Shown: positions 7,942 through 16,688 of the stretch, piece by piece
How positions within the stretch are numbered: position 1 is the first letter of the stretch
Layout of the letters: every line of letters begins with the position of its first letter
From: a virus
IMG/VR virus record: IMGVR_UViG_3300031669_000021
Location: 1-64,000 of that record
Strand: one strand, 5' to 3'
Length of the DNA stretch: 64,000 bases
Position numbers and translations under genes: made by a program
The notes under the pieces: model-generated
Told to the model about the DNA's origin: nothing
Database searches by the model: none
What the model saw: the letters and a program-made list of their open reading frames with translations, nothing else

Positions 7942-8151
7942 ATGGAAGCAAAAGAAGCAGACATAGTAATCAACGGCGTAAAACTAACATTTGCTCAGTC
8001 AATGACACTGAGAGTGGCAATGTCCTCGTTTAGGTCAGAGATGTCTGAGGAAGATGCTCTGGGGAACGATGAGCATGGCAAATTTATGGCAGAAGCATAC
8101 GCAAAACGATCTGATGAAATAATTGAATTAATTTTTAGGAATCTAAAATGA
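7942..8151 (+). CDS. hypothetical protein 69 aa
   Basis: ATG 7942 after SD AGGAGA; stop overlaps next start. Confidence 0.45.
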   Translation: MEAKEADIVINGVKLTFAQSMTLRVAMSSFRSEMSEEDALGNDEHGKFMAEAYAKRSDEIIELIFRNLK

Positions 8152-8504
8152 GCACAATCAAGATTAATGGAAGAACAATTTCTGGCGACTTAGTTGCAGG
8201 AGATGTTTGCATATCATGTGGCACACTCGATATAAGAAATGGAAGAATGTTTGTTGATGGAAAAGAAGTTGATCTCGGCAATGAGCGCACGATTAACGTA
8301 GAAGTAATTGGCGATATTAAAAGTTTGCTCGTTGATTCATGTGACCAAGTTACAGTAGGAGGCAACGTTGAGAGGATTGGCACGGTATCAGGTGATGTGC
8401 GAGTTGCTGGAAATGTTGGAGGCTCCATATCAACAGTATCAGGAGATGTTCGTTGCGGCGATATTGCAGGCAGCATTTCAACAGTATCAGGCGATATTAA
8501 CTAA
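8148..8504 (+). CDS. beta-helix-like repeat protein (bactofilin-like GxVxGDV repeats)
   Basis: GTVSGDVRVAGNVGGSISTVSGDVRCGDIAGSISTVSGDIN periodic repeats. Confidence 0.4.
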   Translation: MSTIKINGRTISGDLVAGDVCISCGTLDIRNGRMFVDGKEVDLGNERTINVEVIGDIKSLLVDSCDQVTVGGNVERIGTVSGDVRVAGNVGGSISTVSGDVRCGDIAGSISTVSGDIN

Positions 8505-8515
8505 AAGGAACAGTA

Positions 8516-8698
8516 ATGAAATACATTTTTATGGCATTGGCAATAACAGCACTTTCTGGATGCGGATATGCAGATCGTGTTGCAGCTCACGTCACTGGTT
8601 ATTCAGAAATCTGTGTAAAGAATGTGGAATACATTCAGTTCGCCTCGGGTGCTTCTGTTGAGTATGATACAAACGGAAAAGTAGTAACCTGCAAGTAA
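8516..8698 (+). CDS. small lipoprotein 60 aa
   Basis: Signal peptide MKYIFMALAITALSGC with lipobox LSGC. Confidence 0.5.
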   Translation: MKYIFMALAITALSGCGYADRVAAHVTGYSEICVKNVEYIQFASGASVEYDTNGKVVTCK

Positions 8699-8709
8699 GG
8701 AATTCACAA

Positions 8710-9018
8710 ATGAAAAACTATGTTATACGAAATTCTGACGGTGATGTATATGTTGAGGCACTAACAGATGAAGAGCTCGACAGTCGACTCGCCGAAGAAT
8801 ATTGGGGAGATGTTGGTGTTCTTACACATGCTCCCACAGAAGACACAAACTATTGGGGAGATAGTATTCTCATTATTCGCGGTGAAGTTCTTGACTTGAG
8901 TGCTGAAATGGCACTAAAGGAAGTAGCAAGATTAAATGCCGCTCGACTCGAAAAAGAACAACGTGAATCAGCACTTGCTAAACTTACTCCAGAAGACAGA
9001 AAGGTCTTGGGCCTATAA
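8710..9018 (+). CDS. hypothetical protein 102 aa
   Basis: track ORF. Confidence 0.45.
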   Translation: MKNYVIRNSDGDVYVEALTDEELDSRLAEEYWGDVGVLTHAPTEDTNYWGDSILIIRGEVLDLSAEMALKEVARLNAARLEKEQRESALAKLTPEDRKVLGL

Positions 9019-9668
9019 TGCCAACAGGATACACGGCCAGAATATGTGAGGGTGAGCAGTCAATGAGCGAGTTCATTCTTGGTTGTGCTCGTGCGTTTGG
9101 TGCCTGTGCTGGTCAACGCGATAATCCAATGGACGATCTACCAAAGATTCCAGCGGAAATAGAATTTCAGGGCGGCGCAAGAATAGCAGAAGCAGAAAAA
9201 AAGTTGGCAGATCTTCTTGCTCTCACTCAAGAAGAAAAGATAGCAATGGGTGTTAAAGAACACAAAGAGCAAATCAAATACTACACAAAGGCACTCAAAG
9301 AAAGAAAGATTGTTCGCGCGAGATTAGACAAGATGTATGCCAGGATAGAAGACTGGGTTCCGCCTTCGAAGGACCACGATGAACTTAAAAAGTTTATGCT
9401 TGATCAATTACAAAGCACAATAGAAAACGACGGAGATGTTGGCTATTACGAGCGAACACTGCAAGCAGAAAAAGAAAAAGATATGCTTGACTTCTATGAT
9501 TCGGAGTTGGTTCGAGCAAAGTGGTGCGTTAAACACGCTAAAGAAGAAGCGCATAAAGAAAAAGACCGTTATGTTAATCGCGTACAGTGGATCAAACAAC
9601 TTTACAACTCGCTCGAAGATGACCCTGAACTGACACACCTGCTGTTGAAGAAAGGAATAAAGATATGA
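9018..9668 (+). CDS. hypothetical protein 216 aa, Lys/Glu-rich
   Basis: track ORF; ATG overlaps previous TAA. Confidence 0.5.
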   Translation: MPTGYTARICEGEQSMSEFILGCARAFGACAGQRDNPMDDLPKIPAEIEFQGGARIAEAEKKLADLLALTQEEKIAMGVKEHKEQIKYYTKALKERKIVRARLDKMYARIEDWVPPSKDHDELKKFMLDQLQSTIENDGDVGYYERTLQAEKEKDMLDFYDSELVRAKWCVKHAKEEAHKEKDRYVNRVQWIKQLYNSLEDDPELTHLLLKKGIKI

Positions 9669-9829
9669 TAATTTTTGAAAAAGAATACAGCGACGAAAGT
9701 CTCGTAGACGTCGAGCAAGATGTTTATGACGCGGTAAATGATAATCCTGAATTGCCGGAACAAGACGATGATGGATTTAGGCCAGGAACGTTCAAAGTCA
9801 CAATAGAATGGACCAACGTCGATGAATAA
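9665..9829 (+). CDS. acidic small protein 54 aa
   Basis: ATG 9665 overlapping previous stop; TAA 9827-9829. Confidence 0.35.
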   Translation: MIIFEKEYSDESLVDVEQDVYDAVNDNPELPEQDDDGFRPGTFKVTIEWTNVDE

Positions 9830-9998
9830 TGAATATAGCAAACTCAAAGAAGAGTTGAAGAACAAAAAATGCAAAACTTGCGGCGGTCTTGGGCAGTGCG
9901 ATGATGCAGAACCCGGCGATATCTGGTTCAGAACATGGGAGTGCCCTGTATGCAAAGGCACAGGTATAAACGAAAATCAAACAGAGGCGAAAAAGTAA
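9822..9998 (+). CDS. zinc-ribbon small protein 58 aa (CKTCGG..CPVCKG)
   Basis: Two CxxC pairs; ATG 9822 to TAA 9996-9998; below track cutoff. Confidence 0.4.
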   Translation: MNNEYSKLKEELKNKKCKTCGGLGQCDDAEPGDIWFRTWECPVCKGTGINENQTEAKK

Positions 9999-9999
9999 A

Positions 10000-10281
10000 A
10001 TGGGAATGTCTATTAGCGCAGTTCTTATTGTAGGACTTGAATACGACCAGTTCGACCCCGAGCATATTGATAATGCTCTTGATATGGGCGAACTTGATTC
10101 TGCTTCGCCATACTACGACGCTGCCAGAGAAGATTGTATTTTTGGCATCACCGTTGTAGGTGATTACAGCGGCGCAATTGATTTAGAAGTGCTCAACGAT
10201 GACATCAAAGATGCTCATCGTGAGTTCAAAGAATTGACCGGACTTGACGGCAAAATTTTTGTAGCACCAAACGTAACATGA
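10000..10281 (+). CDS. hypothetical protein 93 aa
   Basis: track ORF. Confidence 0.45.
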   Translation: MGMSISAVLIVGLEYDQFDPEHIDNALDMGELDSASPYYDAAREDCIFGITVVGDYSGAIDLEVLNDDIKDAHREFKELTGLDGKIFVAPNVT

Positions 10282-10616
10282 TCTGCGTTATTATGGAATC
10301 GCCGTATGCTGGCGACGAACGACCAGTCAATCCAAAAACGGTTGAGAAGAATATTGCCTATGCACGTGAATGTATGTTAGACTGTTTACAGCGAGGTGAA
10401 GCTCCGATGGTCTCACATTTGCTCTATACTCAGGTGTTAGCAGACGATGATCAAGAAGATCGTGATCTCGGAATTGCTGCTGGTCTCGCGTGGCGAAAGG
10501 TTGCAGAAAAATCTGTAGTTTATATTGACAACGGAATGTCAAATGGTATGTGGCACGGAATTGATTTAGCCAGAGAACAAGGCATTCCAGTCGAGTTTAG
10601 GACACTGAAGAAATGA
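10278..10616 (+). CDS. Rossmann-like protein, possibly nucleoside 2-deoxyribosyltransferase-like
   Basis: SPYAGD N-terminus and C-terminal IDNGMSNGMWHGIDLAREQGIPV resemble the YLAGP/..G..E.G.A...GKPV pattern; weak. Confidence 0.35.
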   Translation: MICVIMESPYAGDERPVNPKTVEKNIAYARECMLDCLQRGEAPMVSHLLYTQVLADDDQEDRDLGIAAGLAWRKVAEKSVVYIDNGMSNGMWHGIDLAREQGIPVEFRTLKK

Positions 10617-10867
10617 AAAAAATTGACCGTGATAATTGGACAGAAAAGACAAAAAGACTCAACGCTGACCGCGCACTAAAGATAGGTGACCAAGTTGTTG
10701 ATGTTGACGGACACAAAGGCGTCGTCGTTAAGATTGTCCCCGGAATATCTGACGAAGATCATGGTGTAATATTTGTTTGGCAAGCTGACCGTTATGAATA
10801 TGGTTCAGATAACTGCGAACACTATGTTGAATTTGGTTGGCAACCTTGGATAAGAGTTATTGAATGA
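10613..10867 (+). CDS. hypothetical protein 84 aa
   Basis: track ORF. Confidence 0.45.
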   Translation: MKKIDRDNWTEKTKRLNADRALKIGDQVVDVDGHKGVVVKIVPGISDEDHGVIFVWQADRYEYGSDNCEHYVEFGWQPWIRVIE

Positions 10868-10893
10868 ACAGCCGTAGTCTTCTTTTAAACTGC

Positions 10894-10922
10894 TTGACTT
10901 ATATAATATTATGTGCTATATT
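10894..10922 (+). promoter_or_regulatory. candidate sigma70 promoter
   Basis: TTGACT 10894-10899, 17 nt, TATATT 10917-10922; AT-rich. Confidence 0.35.
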
Positions 10923-10967
10923 ATAACATCATTAAGGAGTATTGCTATTAAACAGAAGTGGATTAAA

Positions 10968-11462
10968 ATGTATTTGGATATGGCGAAGAGAGCAGCAGAA
11001 GAGTCTCACGCCGAGCGTCTAAAAGTTGGTTCAATCTTCGTAACTGTTGATGGAGCAATGTCGATGGGAATAAACGGCCTTTCTGAGGGCGGCGATAATG
11101 TATGCGAAGAAAAAGAATGGTGCAGCGCAGGCGGATGGCTAAGTCCAGATGAAATCTTTGAAGCATGGCCATATACTGGATTTTATAAAGACAAAGATGG
11201 AAACGAGATACAAGGGCGGTATCGTCTTAAAACTCGTTCAGATGTTTCTCATGCTGAAGAAAACTGCTACAGCAAAATGCTACAGGCTGGGCTTTCTGCA
11301 AAAGGTGGCACACTATTCATAACTCACGCTCCTTGCATAAATTGCTCAAGGCAGATCAGGAATAGCGGAACAGCAGAAGTATTTTATGCACAAGATTATA
11401 GAGACTTGGACGGCGTGAATTATCTTATTCGACATGGTGTAAAGGTCACGCGAGTAGATTGA
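10968..11462 (+). CDS. cd: dCMP deaminase
   Basis: HAEENC...THAPCINC zinc-binding signature of the CMP/dCMP deaminase family; start set at ATG 10968. Confidence 0.75.
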   Translation: MYLDMAKRAAEESHAERLKVGSIFVTVDGAMSMGINGLSEGGDNVCEEKEWCSAGGWLSPDEIFEAWPYTGFYKDKDGNEIQGRYRLKTRSDVSHAEENCYSKMLQAGLSAKGGTLFITHAPCINCSRQIRNSGTAEVFYAQDYRDLDGVNYLIRHGVKVTRVD

Positions 11463-11767
11463 TGAATTGGATAAATTTATCAGAGGTAGTTGCAGTCGCA
11501 TTGAATCTATCCTCAATGCTGTGGAACATAACCTCTATGCGTAGATCAAGTAAAGCGTATGGAGAAACAATGATAAACTCAATAAACAAGCAGCACGAAA
11601 TGAGAGTTGAATTTATGGACCACATAACTGAACTTCAGGAATTATATGAGGAAGAAATTAAATTACTCAAAACAAATGAAGGTCTGTATGATTTGAGAAA
11701 TGACCCAGAGCAATATGCAATGTATTTGAAATTACTGTCAGATGGTAAAATTAATAGGGGGGAATAA
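11459..11767 (+). CDS. hypothetical protein 102 aa, N-terminal TM
   Basis: track ORF; ATGA overlap. Confidence 0.45.
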   Translation: MMNWINLSEVVAVALNLSSMLWNITSMRRSSKAYGETMINSINKQHEMRVEFMDHITELQELYEEEIKLLKTNEGLYDLRNDPEQYAMYLKLLSDGKINRGE

Positions 11768-11992
11768 ATGATCTATATAGATAAAAGATCAGGCAACTTA
11801 TACCACGGCAACGAAATTGAGGCATTTGAAGACCACAATACTATTGAGGAGGACAGCATATTCGATGATGGCTGGCAAGCGGCAAGTATTGGAGGTAACT
11901 ATGTTCCAGAAGATAACCCCTGGCCAGAAGGAAGTTATGCAGCATATATGTGGGAAGACGGATGGAATAAATATGACGATTGGAGTGATTAA
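11768..11992 (+). CDS. acidic Trp-rich protein 74 aa
   Basis: track ORF. Confidence 0.45.
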   Translation: MIYIDKRSGNLYHGNEIEAFEDHNTIEEDSIFDDGWQAASIGGNYVPEDNPWPEGSYAAYMWEDGWNKYDDWSD

Positions 11993-11994
11993 AA

Positions 11995-13311
11995 ATGGCA
12001 ACAATAATACCTAAGCAGCATTATGTAACAATTCAATATCGTGGAAAAGATGTATTGGCAGAGTCGGGACATCTTGGATTTGCGTCACCCTATACAAAGG
12101 ATGCAGCATTCAGGAAACGCAAAGCAACACAGGATCAATGGGCATATGGATATGGAACCGCGGTCAATATCGACGAAAACGATGACATTACTGTTGTTGG
12201 CGGAGGGAAACAAGGCGGTTATGGTCACATGGATGTTGATGCGAGCACCCTGTTCATGACCAACTGTTACCCAATCATTATCAACAATGATCCCGTAGAA
12301 GGTTTCCAGATCGCAAAGAGCGTGAAGCGCGGTGGAGGATGGGGTCCGGGAAATGTTGTTTGGCGTATATCTGATCCTCGAGGATTTGAACTTGAAATCA
12401 GTTCATCAAACTTTGCCGCAGTGCTGAGTTGCACTACAATGGTTAATGGGGTAATAGAAGGCAAGTGTGTCTGGGGTCGCAATGGTAAGGACAACATTCT
12501 TTTGCCTGAAGCATCAAGCGTATATCAAGAAGCACACAAACTCACAGAGAAAATAGAGAAGAATATCTCGCTCAAAGATGTGCAGATTGGAGATACGGTA
12601 GAATTACTCAACCCGCACATGAAAGGTAGATATCAATATTTCGGAAAGTATTATTTCTTGGTTCCTGACGAAGAGGCAGATAGCGGTGATCGGTATCGTT
12701 ACGGCGGTAATGGGGTATATTTCTTCAATAAAAAACAAGTTGAGCGATACTTGTTGAAAGATATTGACAACAAAAAATATATTACTTTGAGCACACCAAA
12801 AATAGCAGACATTGTCGAAACTGTTGGTGCCCCGTTGGACAAAATGGATATAGCAAAAGAAGTGACTGGGTGGTTAGGAAGACAAACACGATTGTCTGAT
12901 ATAAATACAGCAATCCTGGCATCTCCTACGAAGATTAAATTAGGTGAGGTGGTAACACAGCTGGTTCCGTTGACAGAAAAAATCGAAAGCAAGTGGCCGC
13001 TTGTTGGAGAGTATTACGCAGACACAATTGTTAGTGAGTTTGACGGAAAAATGTGGAAAGCTAATCAAACCAGAAATTTTGATCACTCAACAAGAACGTA
13101 TGATAATAATCCTATGCTTGAGCAAGTTGAAGTAGATACGGCGCAGAATAAGATTAAGGTGGTTTATACTTACACCAAAGAAGGAAGTTGGTATAGTAGT
13201 TACCATAGTAGACAGACGGTTAAGAGCAAAGACTTTACTTTTGATCAACTAAAAATGTATCGTATAGAAGTTACAGCAAACGGCATTACAGGAAAAGTTT
13301 TTAAACTCTAA
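11995..13311 (+). CDS. hypothetical protein 438 aa
   Basis: long uninterrupted ORF, no recognisable motif. Confidence 0.55.
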   Translation: MATIIPKQHYVTIQYRGKDVLAESGHLGFASPYTKDAAFRKRKATQDQWAYGYGTAVNIDENDDITVVGGGKQGGYGHMDVDASTLFMTNCYPIIINNDPVEGFQIAKSVKRGGGWGPGNVVWRISDPRGFELEISSSNFAAVLSCTTMVNGVIEGKCVWGRNGKDNILLPEASSVYQEAHKLTEKIEKNISLKDVQIGDTVELLNPHMKGRYQYFGKYYFLVPDEEADSGDRYRYGGNGVYFFNKKQVERYLLKDIDNKKYITLSTPKIADIVETVGAPLDKMDIAKEVTGWLGRQTRLSDINTAILASPTKIKLGEVVTQLVPLTEKIESKWPLVGEYYADTIVSEFDGKMWKANQTRNFDHSTRTYDNNPMLEQVEVDTAQNKIKVVYTYTKEGSWYSSYHSRQTVKSKDFTFDQLKMYRIEVTANGITGKVFKL

Positions 13312-13312
13312 T

Positions 13313-13738
13313 ATGGTTAATAAGTATAGATATCACGTAGATATGACAGCACCTGCAGAAGATGAGATTTTTGTCTTCGGCTCAAACCAGGCAGGAATAC
13401 ACGGTGCAGGTGCTGCAAGATACGCACTAAATGAGTTAGGAGCAAAATGGGGTTATGGTGTAGGAACAACAGGAAGATGTTATGCCATACCCACAAAGGA
13501 TTACAATATCAATTCTTTATCGTTAGAAGAGATTGTGTTTTATGTTGACATGTTTGTAGGGCACGCAGCATCGACACCAGATAAGAAGTATTTTGTAACA
13601 AGAGTTGGTTGTGGTCTTGCTGGATTCAAGGATTCAGAGATTGCTCCTATGTTTAAGAATGCTCCAGAAAATTGTAATCTGCCACAAGAGTGGCGAGAAT
13701 ATTTAACGAAAGAAGAAATTGATGACACTATGGATTGA
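13313..13738 (+). CDS. Rossmann/SLOG-like domain protein (FVFGSNQAGIHGAGAARYA motif)
   Basis: Gly-rich nucleotide-binding-like motif; family assignment uncertain. Confidence 0.45.
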   Translation: MVNKYRYHVDMTAPAEDEIFVFGSNQAGIHGAGAARYALNELGAKWGYGVGTTGRCYAIPTKDYNINSLSLEEIVFYVDMFVGHAASTPDKKYFVTRVGCGLAGFKDSEIAPMFKNAPENCNLPQEWREYLTKEEIDDTMD

Positions 13739-14189
13739 AAATGTTCCTGCAATAGCCATACCAACAGCAGATCACTTTGCTGCTGGCGAGAATTCTATGC
13801 TGATTCAGATCATGGATACTTGTTCTTCTTGGTGGCCTGAACCAAAACACAAGTTCAAAGAAGTCTACAAGTTTGAATTCTTAGATATTGGTGACGATGC
13901 GGGTGAGCTAGAAGAATTTGGTTGCACTGAAGAACAAGCAGTGGCATTGGTTGAACTTCTCAAACGCGCACAGGAAAATCGTATGCAGGTTGTCGTTCAT
14001 TGTCACGCAGGAATCTGCCGCAGCGGAGCCGTTGTGGAAGTTGCAGAGATGATGGGATTCACTCCTGTGGAGAGATATCGCCTGCCTAACTCTCGAGTAA
14101 AAAGATTGATGATGCGTGAATTAGGTCTTACATACGATTCAACTAACGATATCTATTCTCAAATTGAGAGGCGACTAAATTACTTCTAA
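13719..14189 (+). CDS. dual-specificity (Cys-based) protein phosphatase
   Basis: Catalytic P-loop VVHCHAGICRSG = HCxAGxxRSG. Confidence 0.7.
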   Translation: MMTLWIENVPAIAIPTADHFAAGENSMLIQIMDTCSSWWPEPKHKFKEVYKFEFLDIGDDAGELEEFGCTEEQAVALVELLKRAQENRMQVVVHCHAGICRSGAVVEVAEMMGFTPVERYRLPNSRVKRLMMRELGLTYDSTNDIYSQIERRLNYF

Positions 14190-14190
14190 A

Positions 14191-14394
14191 ATGAACCCAG
14201 ACCAAAAGAAAGTTTGGGACATTCTTGAGGGTGGTAAGATCTGGACCGCCAAAGTTGAAGTAGATCCAAACAATCCTGAAGAATGTATTCTCGTCTTCCC
14301 TCCAGATTTATTAGAACGTGCCGGGTGGGAAGAGGGAGACATAATCATGTGCTCAATACTCCCAGAAGGTCGAATTATATTAAGCAAACAATAA
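14191..14394 (+). CDS. hypothetical protein 67 aa
   Basis: track ORF, followed by terminator hairpin. Confidence 0.45.
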   Translation: MNPDQKKVWDILEGGKIWTAKVEVDPNNPEECILVFPPDLLERAGWEEGDIIMCSILPEGRIILSKQ

Positions 14395-14435
14395 AGAAAC
14401 CAACATCTTTTAAATGTTGGTTTCTTTATTTTGTA
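14391..14435. terminator. bidirectional rho-independent terminator
   Basis: 16-bp perfect hairpin ATAAAGAAACCAACAT / ATGTTGGTTTCTTTAT with 7-nt loop, T-run on both strands; sits between convergent genes. Confidence 0.6.
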
Positions 14436-14566
14436 ACAGCCGTTTACCTAATTCTGGATCCATTGATTTTGCAATGGCAATCCACCTTGCTAATGCTAAT
14501 CGGTCAATTATTTCTGGCGGTAGCGGTGGTTCATTGCTGCCATTCTCTGACCATCTCTTTACCTTC

Positions 14567-14767
14567 TTAAGCTTTAGTCTTTGCTGCGACTGGTGCAGCA
14601 GGTGCTTTCGGTGATGCTTTCGATGCTTTTTTGGCTTTTTTGGAGTGACTTTTAGAATGTTTTGCTGGGGCCTTTACTACTGTCTTTGTTGCAACAGCGG
14701 ATTCAGCTGCAAAAGCGGTTGAAGATAATGCAAAAACGGCAATAAGTGCGAGTGTTAATTTTTTCAT
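14567..14767 (-). CDS. secreted Lys/Ala-rich small protein 66 aa
   Basis: Signal peptide MKKLTLALIAVFALSSTAFAAE, then KHSKSHSKKAKKASKASPKAPAAP; SD AAGGAAA; one of few minus-strand genes. Confidence 0.45.
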   Translation of the reverse strand: MKKLTLALIAVFALSSTAFAAESAVATKTVVKAPAKHSKSHSKKAKKASKASPKAPAAPVAAKTKA

Positions 14768-14916
14768 TTTTGGTTTCCTTTAAGTTATGTAGAACATTTA
14801 ATCTACATACTAATAACGTTTGTGGAGCCCATAATGAGGACAAGATTTTTACTATTTTTTAACCGAATAAATAGTAGTTCAGAAACGCTGGCGCATAAAT
14901 AAGTGTAGGAGAGAAA

Positions 14917-15774
14917 ATGTTCTATTACTTATACGAAATAAAAAATAACATAACCGGTAAAATTTATGTAGGTGTTCATAAAACTAATAACATAGATGAT
15001 GGGTATATGGGATCAGGGACAATTATTAACCGAGCTACCAAGAAATACGGCATTGAAAATTTTACAAAAACTATTCTTGAATGGTTTGAGGATTCAACTA
15101 ACATGTATTTAAGAGAAGCAGAAGTAATAAATTCTGAATTCTTATTGCGTAAAGATGTGTATAATATTAAACTTGGCGGAAAAGGTGGATTTGATTATAT
15201 AAACAAAAATAACCTTGGATGGGGAGAGAACAATAAAAGAAGAGTAGAACAAAGCGAAAGAATGGCCTATCGTCATACTTCATCAGAAAATAAAGAAGTA
15301 TGGAATTTGATTAGACAAAAAAGATGGAATAAGCCCGAAGCTAAAGAAAAACACTCTAGGCAAATAAAAGAAAACTGGAAGAACATTGAATGGGCAGCAA
15401 AAGATATAGCAAAAAAGAAAGAAGTAGGTAACAGACCAGAAATTAGAGAGATGCGACGCAAGAACAGTTTAGAAATGTGGCAACGGCCAGAATATCAAAA
15501 AAAGCATAAAGCTGCAATGGCTAAAGTTACTTCTAATCCAACTTGGTTAGAAAATAATCGACAAAACGGAATCAAAAATTGGAAGGATCAGACCAAGCGC
15601 GAAAATATGATGAAAAATAGACCAGCAATGACTGTTGCACAGAGAGAAGAACAGGCAAAAAGAACAACCGAAATTAACAAAAAATCTTGGTCTGATCCTG
15701 CCTCAAGAGAGAAAAGAATAGAAGCAATCCGAGCAGGACAGTTAGCATATTGGGCTAAGAAGAGAAACGGTTAA
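14917..15774 (+). CDS. GIY-YIG homing endonuclease (Seg-like)
   Basis: YYLYEIKNNITGKIYVGVHKT...R..H GIY-YIG core; AT-rich; Lys-rich C-terminus with NUMOD-like repeats; SD AGGAGAG. Confidence 0.7.
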   Translation: MFYYLYEIKNNITGKIYVGVHKTNNIDDGYMGSGTIINRATKKYGIENFTKTILEWFEDSTNMYLREAEVINSEFLLRKDVYNIKLGGKGGFDYINKNNLGWGENNKRRVEQSERMAYRHTSSENKEVWNLIRQKRWNKPEAKEKHSRQIKENWKNIEWAAKDIAKKKEVGNRPEIREMRRKNSLEMWQRPEYQKKHKAAMAKVTSNPTWLENNRQNGIKNWKDQTKRENMMKNRPAMTVAQREEQAKRTTEINKKSWSDPASREKRIEAIRAGQLAYWAKKRNG

Positions 15775-15852
15775 AATAGATTTGATTTTTCACATAAGAT
15801 TCTGTTATTGTTTTACTATGTGTTTTATTACACAACTATAGGAGAAGTAAAT

Positions 15853-16086
15853 ATGAAAGTAACAAATCAGAATCAATTTTTAGTTGAGTATCTTCGTGGA
15901 ACAGGTCGCGAGTTAACAGTAGCTCAGGCAAGAGCAAGATTTGCAGTGGGAAATCTTCGTGCTCGCATTGCAGAACTTCGCAAGGCAGGATTAAATGTCA
16001 AGAGCCGCAAGAATTACAGAAACGCGGCAGCCTACCAGATCCCAGTTCGTCTTCAAGATGGATCGCGTCGTAAAGTAAGTCTATAA
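15853..16086 (+). CDS. HTH DNA-binding protein (HTH_39-like)
   Basis: ELTVAQARARFAVGNLRARIAELRKAGLNV fits the helix-turn-helix ..RLAARIxELR.. family; ATG 15853 after SD AGGAGA. Confidence 0.5.
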   Translation: MKVTNQNQFLVEYLRGTGRELTVAQARARFAVGNLRARIAELRKAGLNVKSRKNYRNAAAYQIPVRLQDGSRRKVSL

Positions 16087-16107
16087 TATCAGCGCAATAC
16101 TGTGATA

Positions 16108-16134
16108 AAATAGGGGCTGAAGCCCCTATTTTAT
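16108..16134 (+). terminator. rho-independent terminator
   Basis: AAATAGGGGC-TGAA-GCCCCTATTT hairpin plus TAT. Confidence 0.55.
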
Positions 16135-16146
16135 GCGAGAAACAGC

Positions 16147-16174
16147 TTGACTTTCTCGCCAAATAGTGTATAAT
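16147..16174 (+). promoter_or_regulatory. sigma70-type early promoter, cassette variant
   Basis: TTGACT 16147-16152, 16 nt, TG-TATAAT 16167-16174. Confidence 0.55.
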
Positions 16175-16205
16175 ATATGTTATTAAGTAATAGGAGAGAC
16201 AGAGA

Positions 16206-16688
16206 ATGGCAGTCATTGACTATACAGCAATCGCAGAAGACTTGAAGACAAAGATTACAAAAGCAGTCAAGTCGTCAACTGTTTCTTTTACAAGTAATCC
16301 AATATACACAGCACTCGGCAACGAGGAATATATGGTTCAAGTTGAGTGCATGGAACCAACGGCAATATGTGATATCATTGCAAGCGTTATTGAAAAACAT
16401 AACTACGGCTTTGTTATCCGCGAAGAAACACATGAAGGACAATTTGACTGGCAGGCTGATACTTACATCAAAGATTCTGCTACTATTACATTTGGAGTAA
16501 AAACTATGGCAATAACAAAAAATGATTTACCAGGTTATGTTTCAGATATGTTCTCTGACTTCCTTTACTACAATAGAAAAGGGGATGAAGATTTCACCGT
16601 AGACGATGCAAACGACTTGCCCAACATTGTCACGAAAGAAGAATTAATGGCAATGTTTGCAAAAGAGATTGATAACATTTATGATTAA
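16206..16688 (+). CDS. hypothetical protein 160 aa
   Basis: track ORF after promoter. Confidence 0.5.
   Translation: MAVIDYTAIAEDLKTKITKAVKSSTVSFTSNPIYTALGNEEYMVQVECMEPTAICDIIASVIEKHNYGFVIREETHEGQFDWQADTYIKDSATITFGVKTMAITKNDLPGYVSDMFSDFLYYNRKGDEDFTVDDANDLPNIVTKEELMAMFAKEIDNIYD

Noticed and set aside
8368-8661. 97-aa + strand ORF in alternative frame over 8148-8698
   Set aside because: Overlaps two better-supported genes (repeat protein and lipoprotein with signal peptide).
14283-14614. + strand ORFs 14283-14570 and 14414-14614 across the terminator region
   Set aside because: Run through a 16-bp terminator hairpin and overlap the minus-strand signal-peptide gene; no start context.
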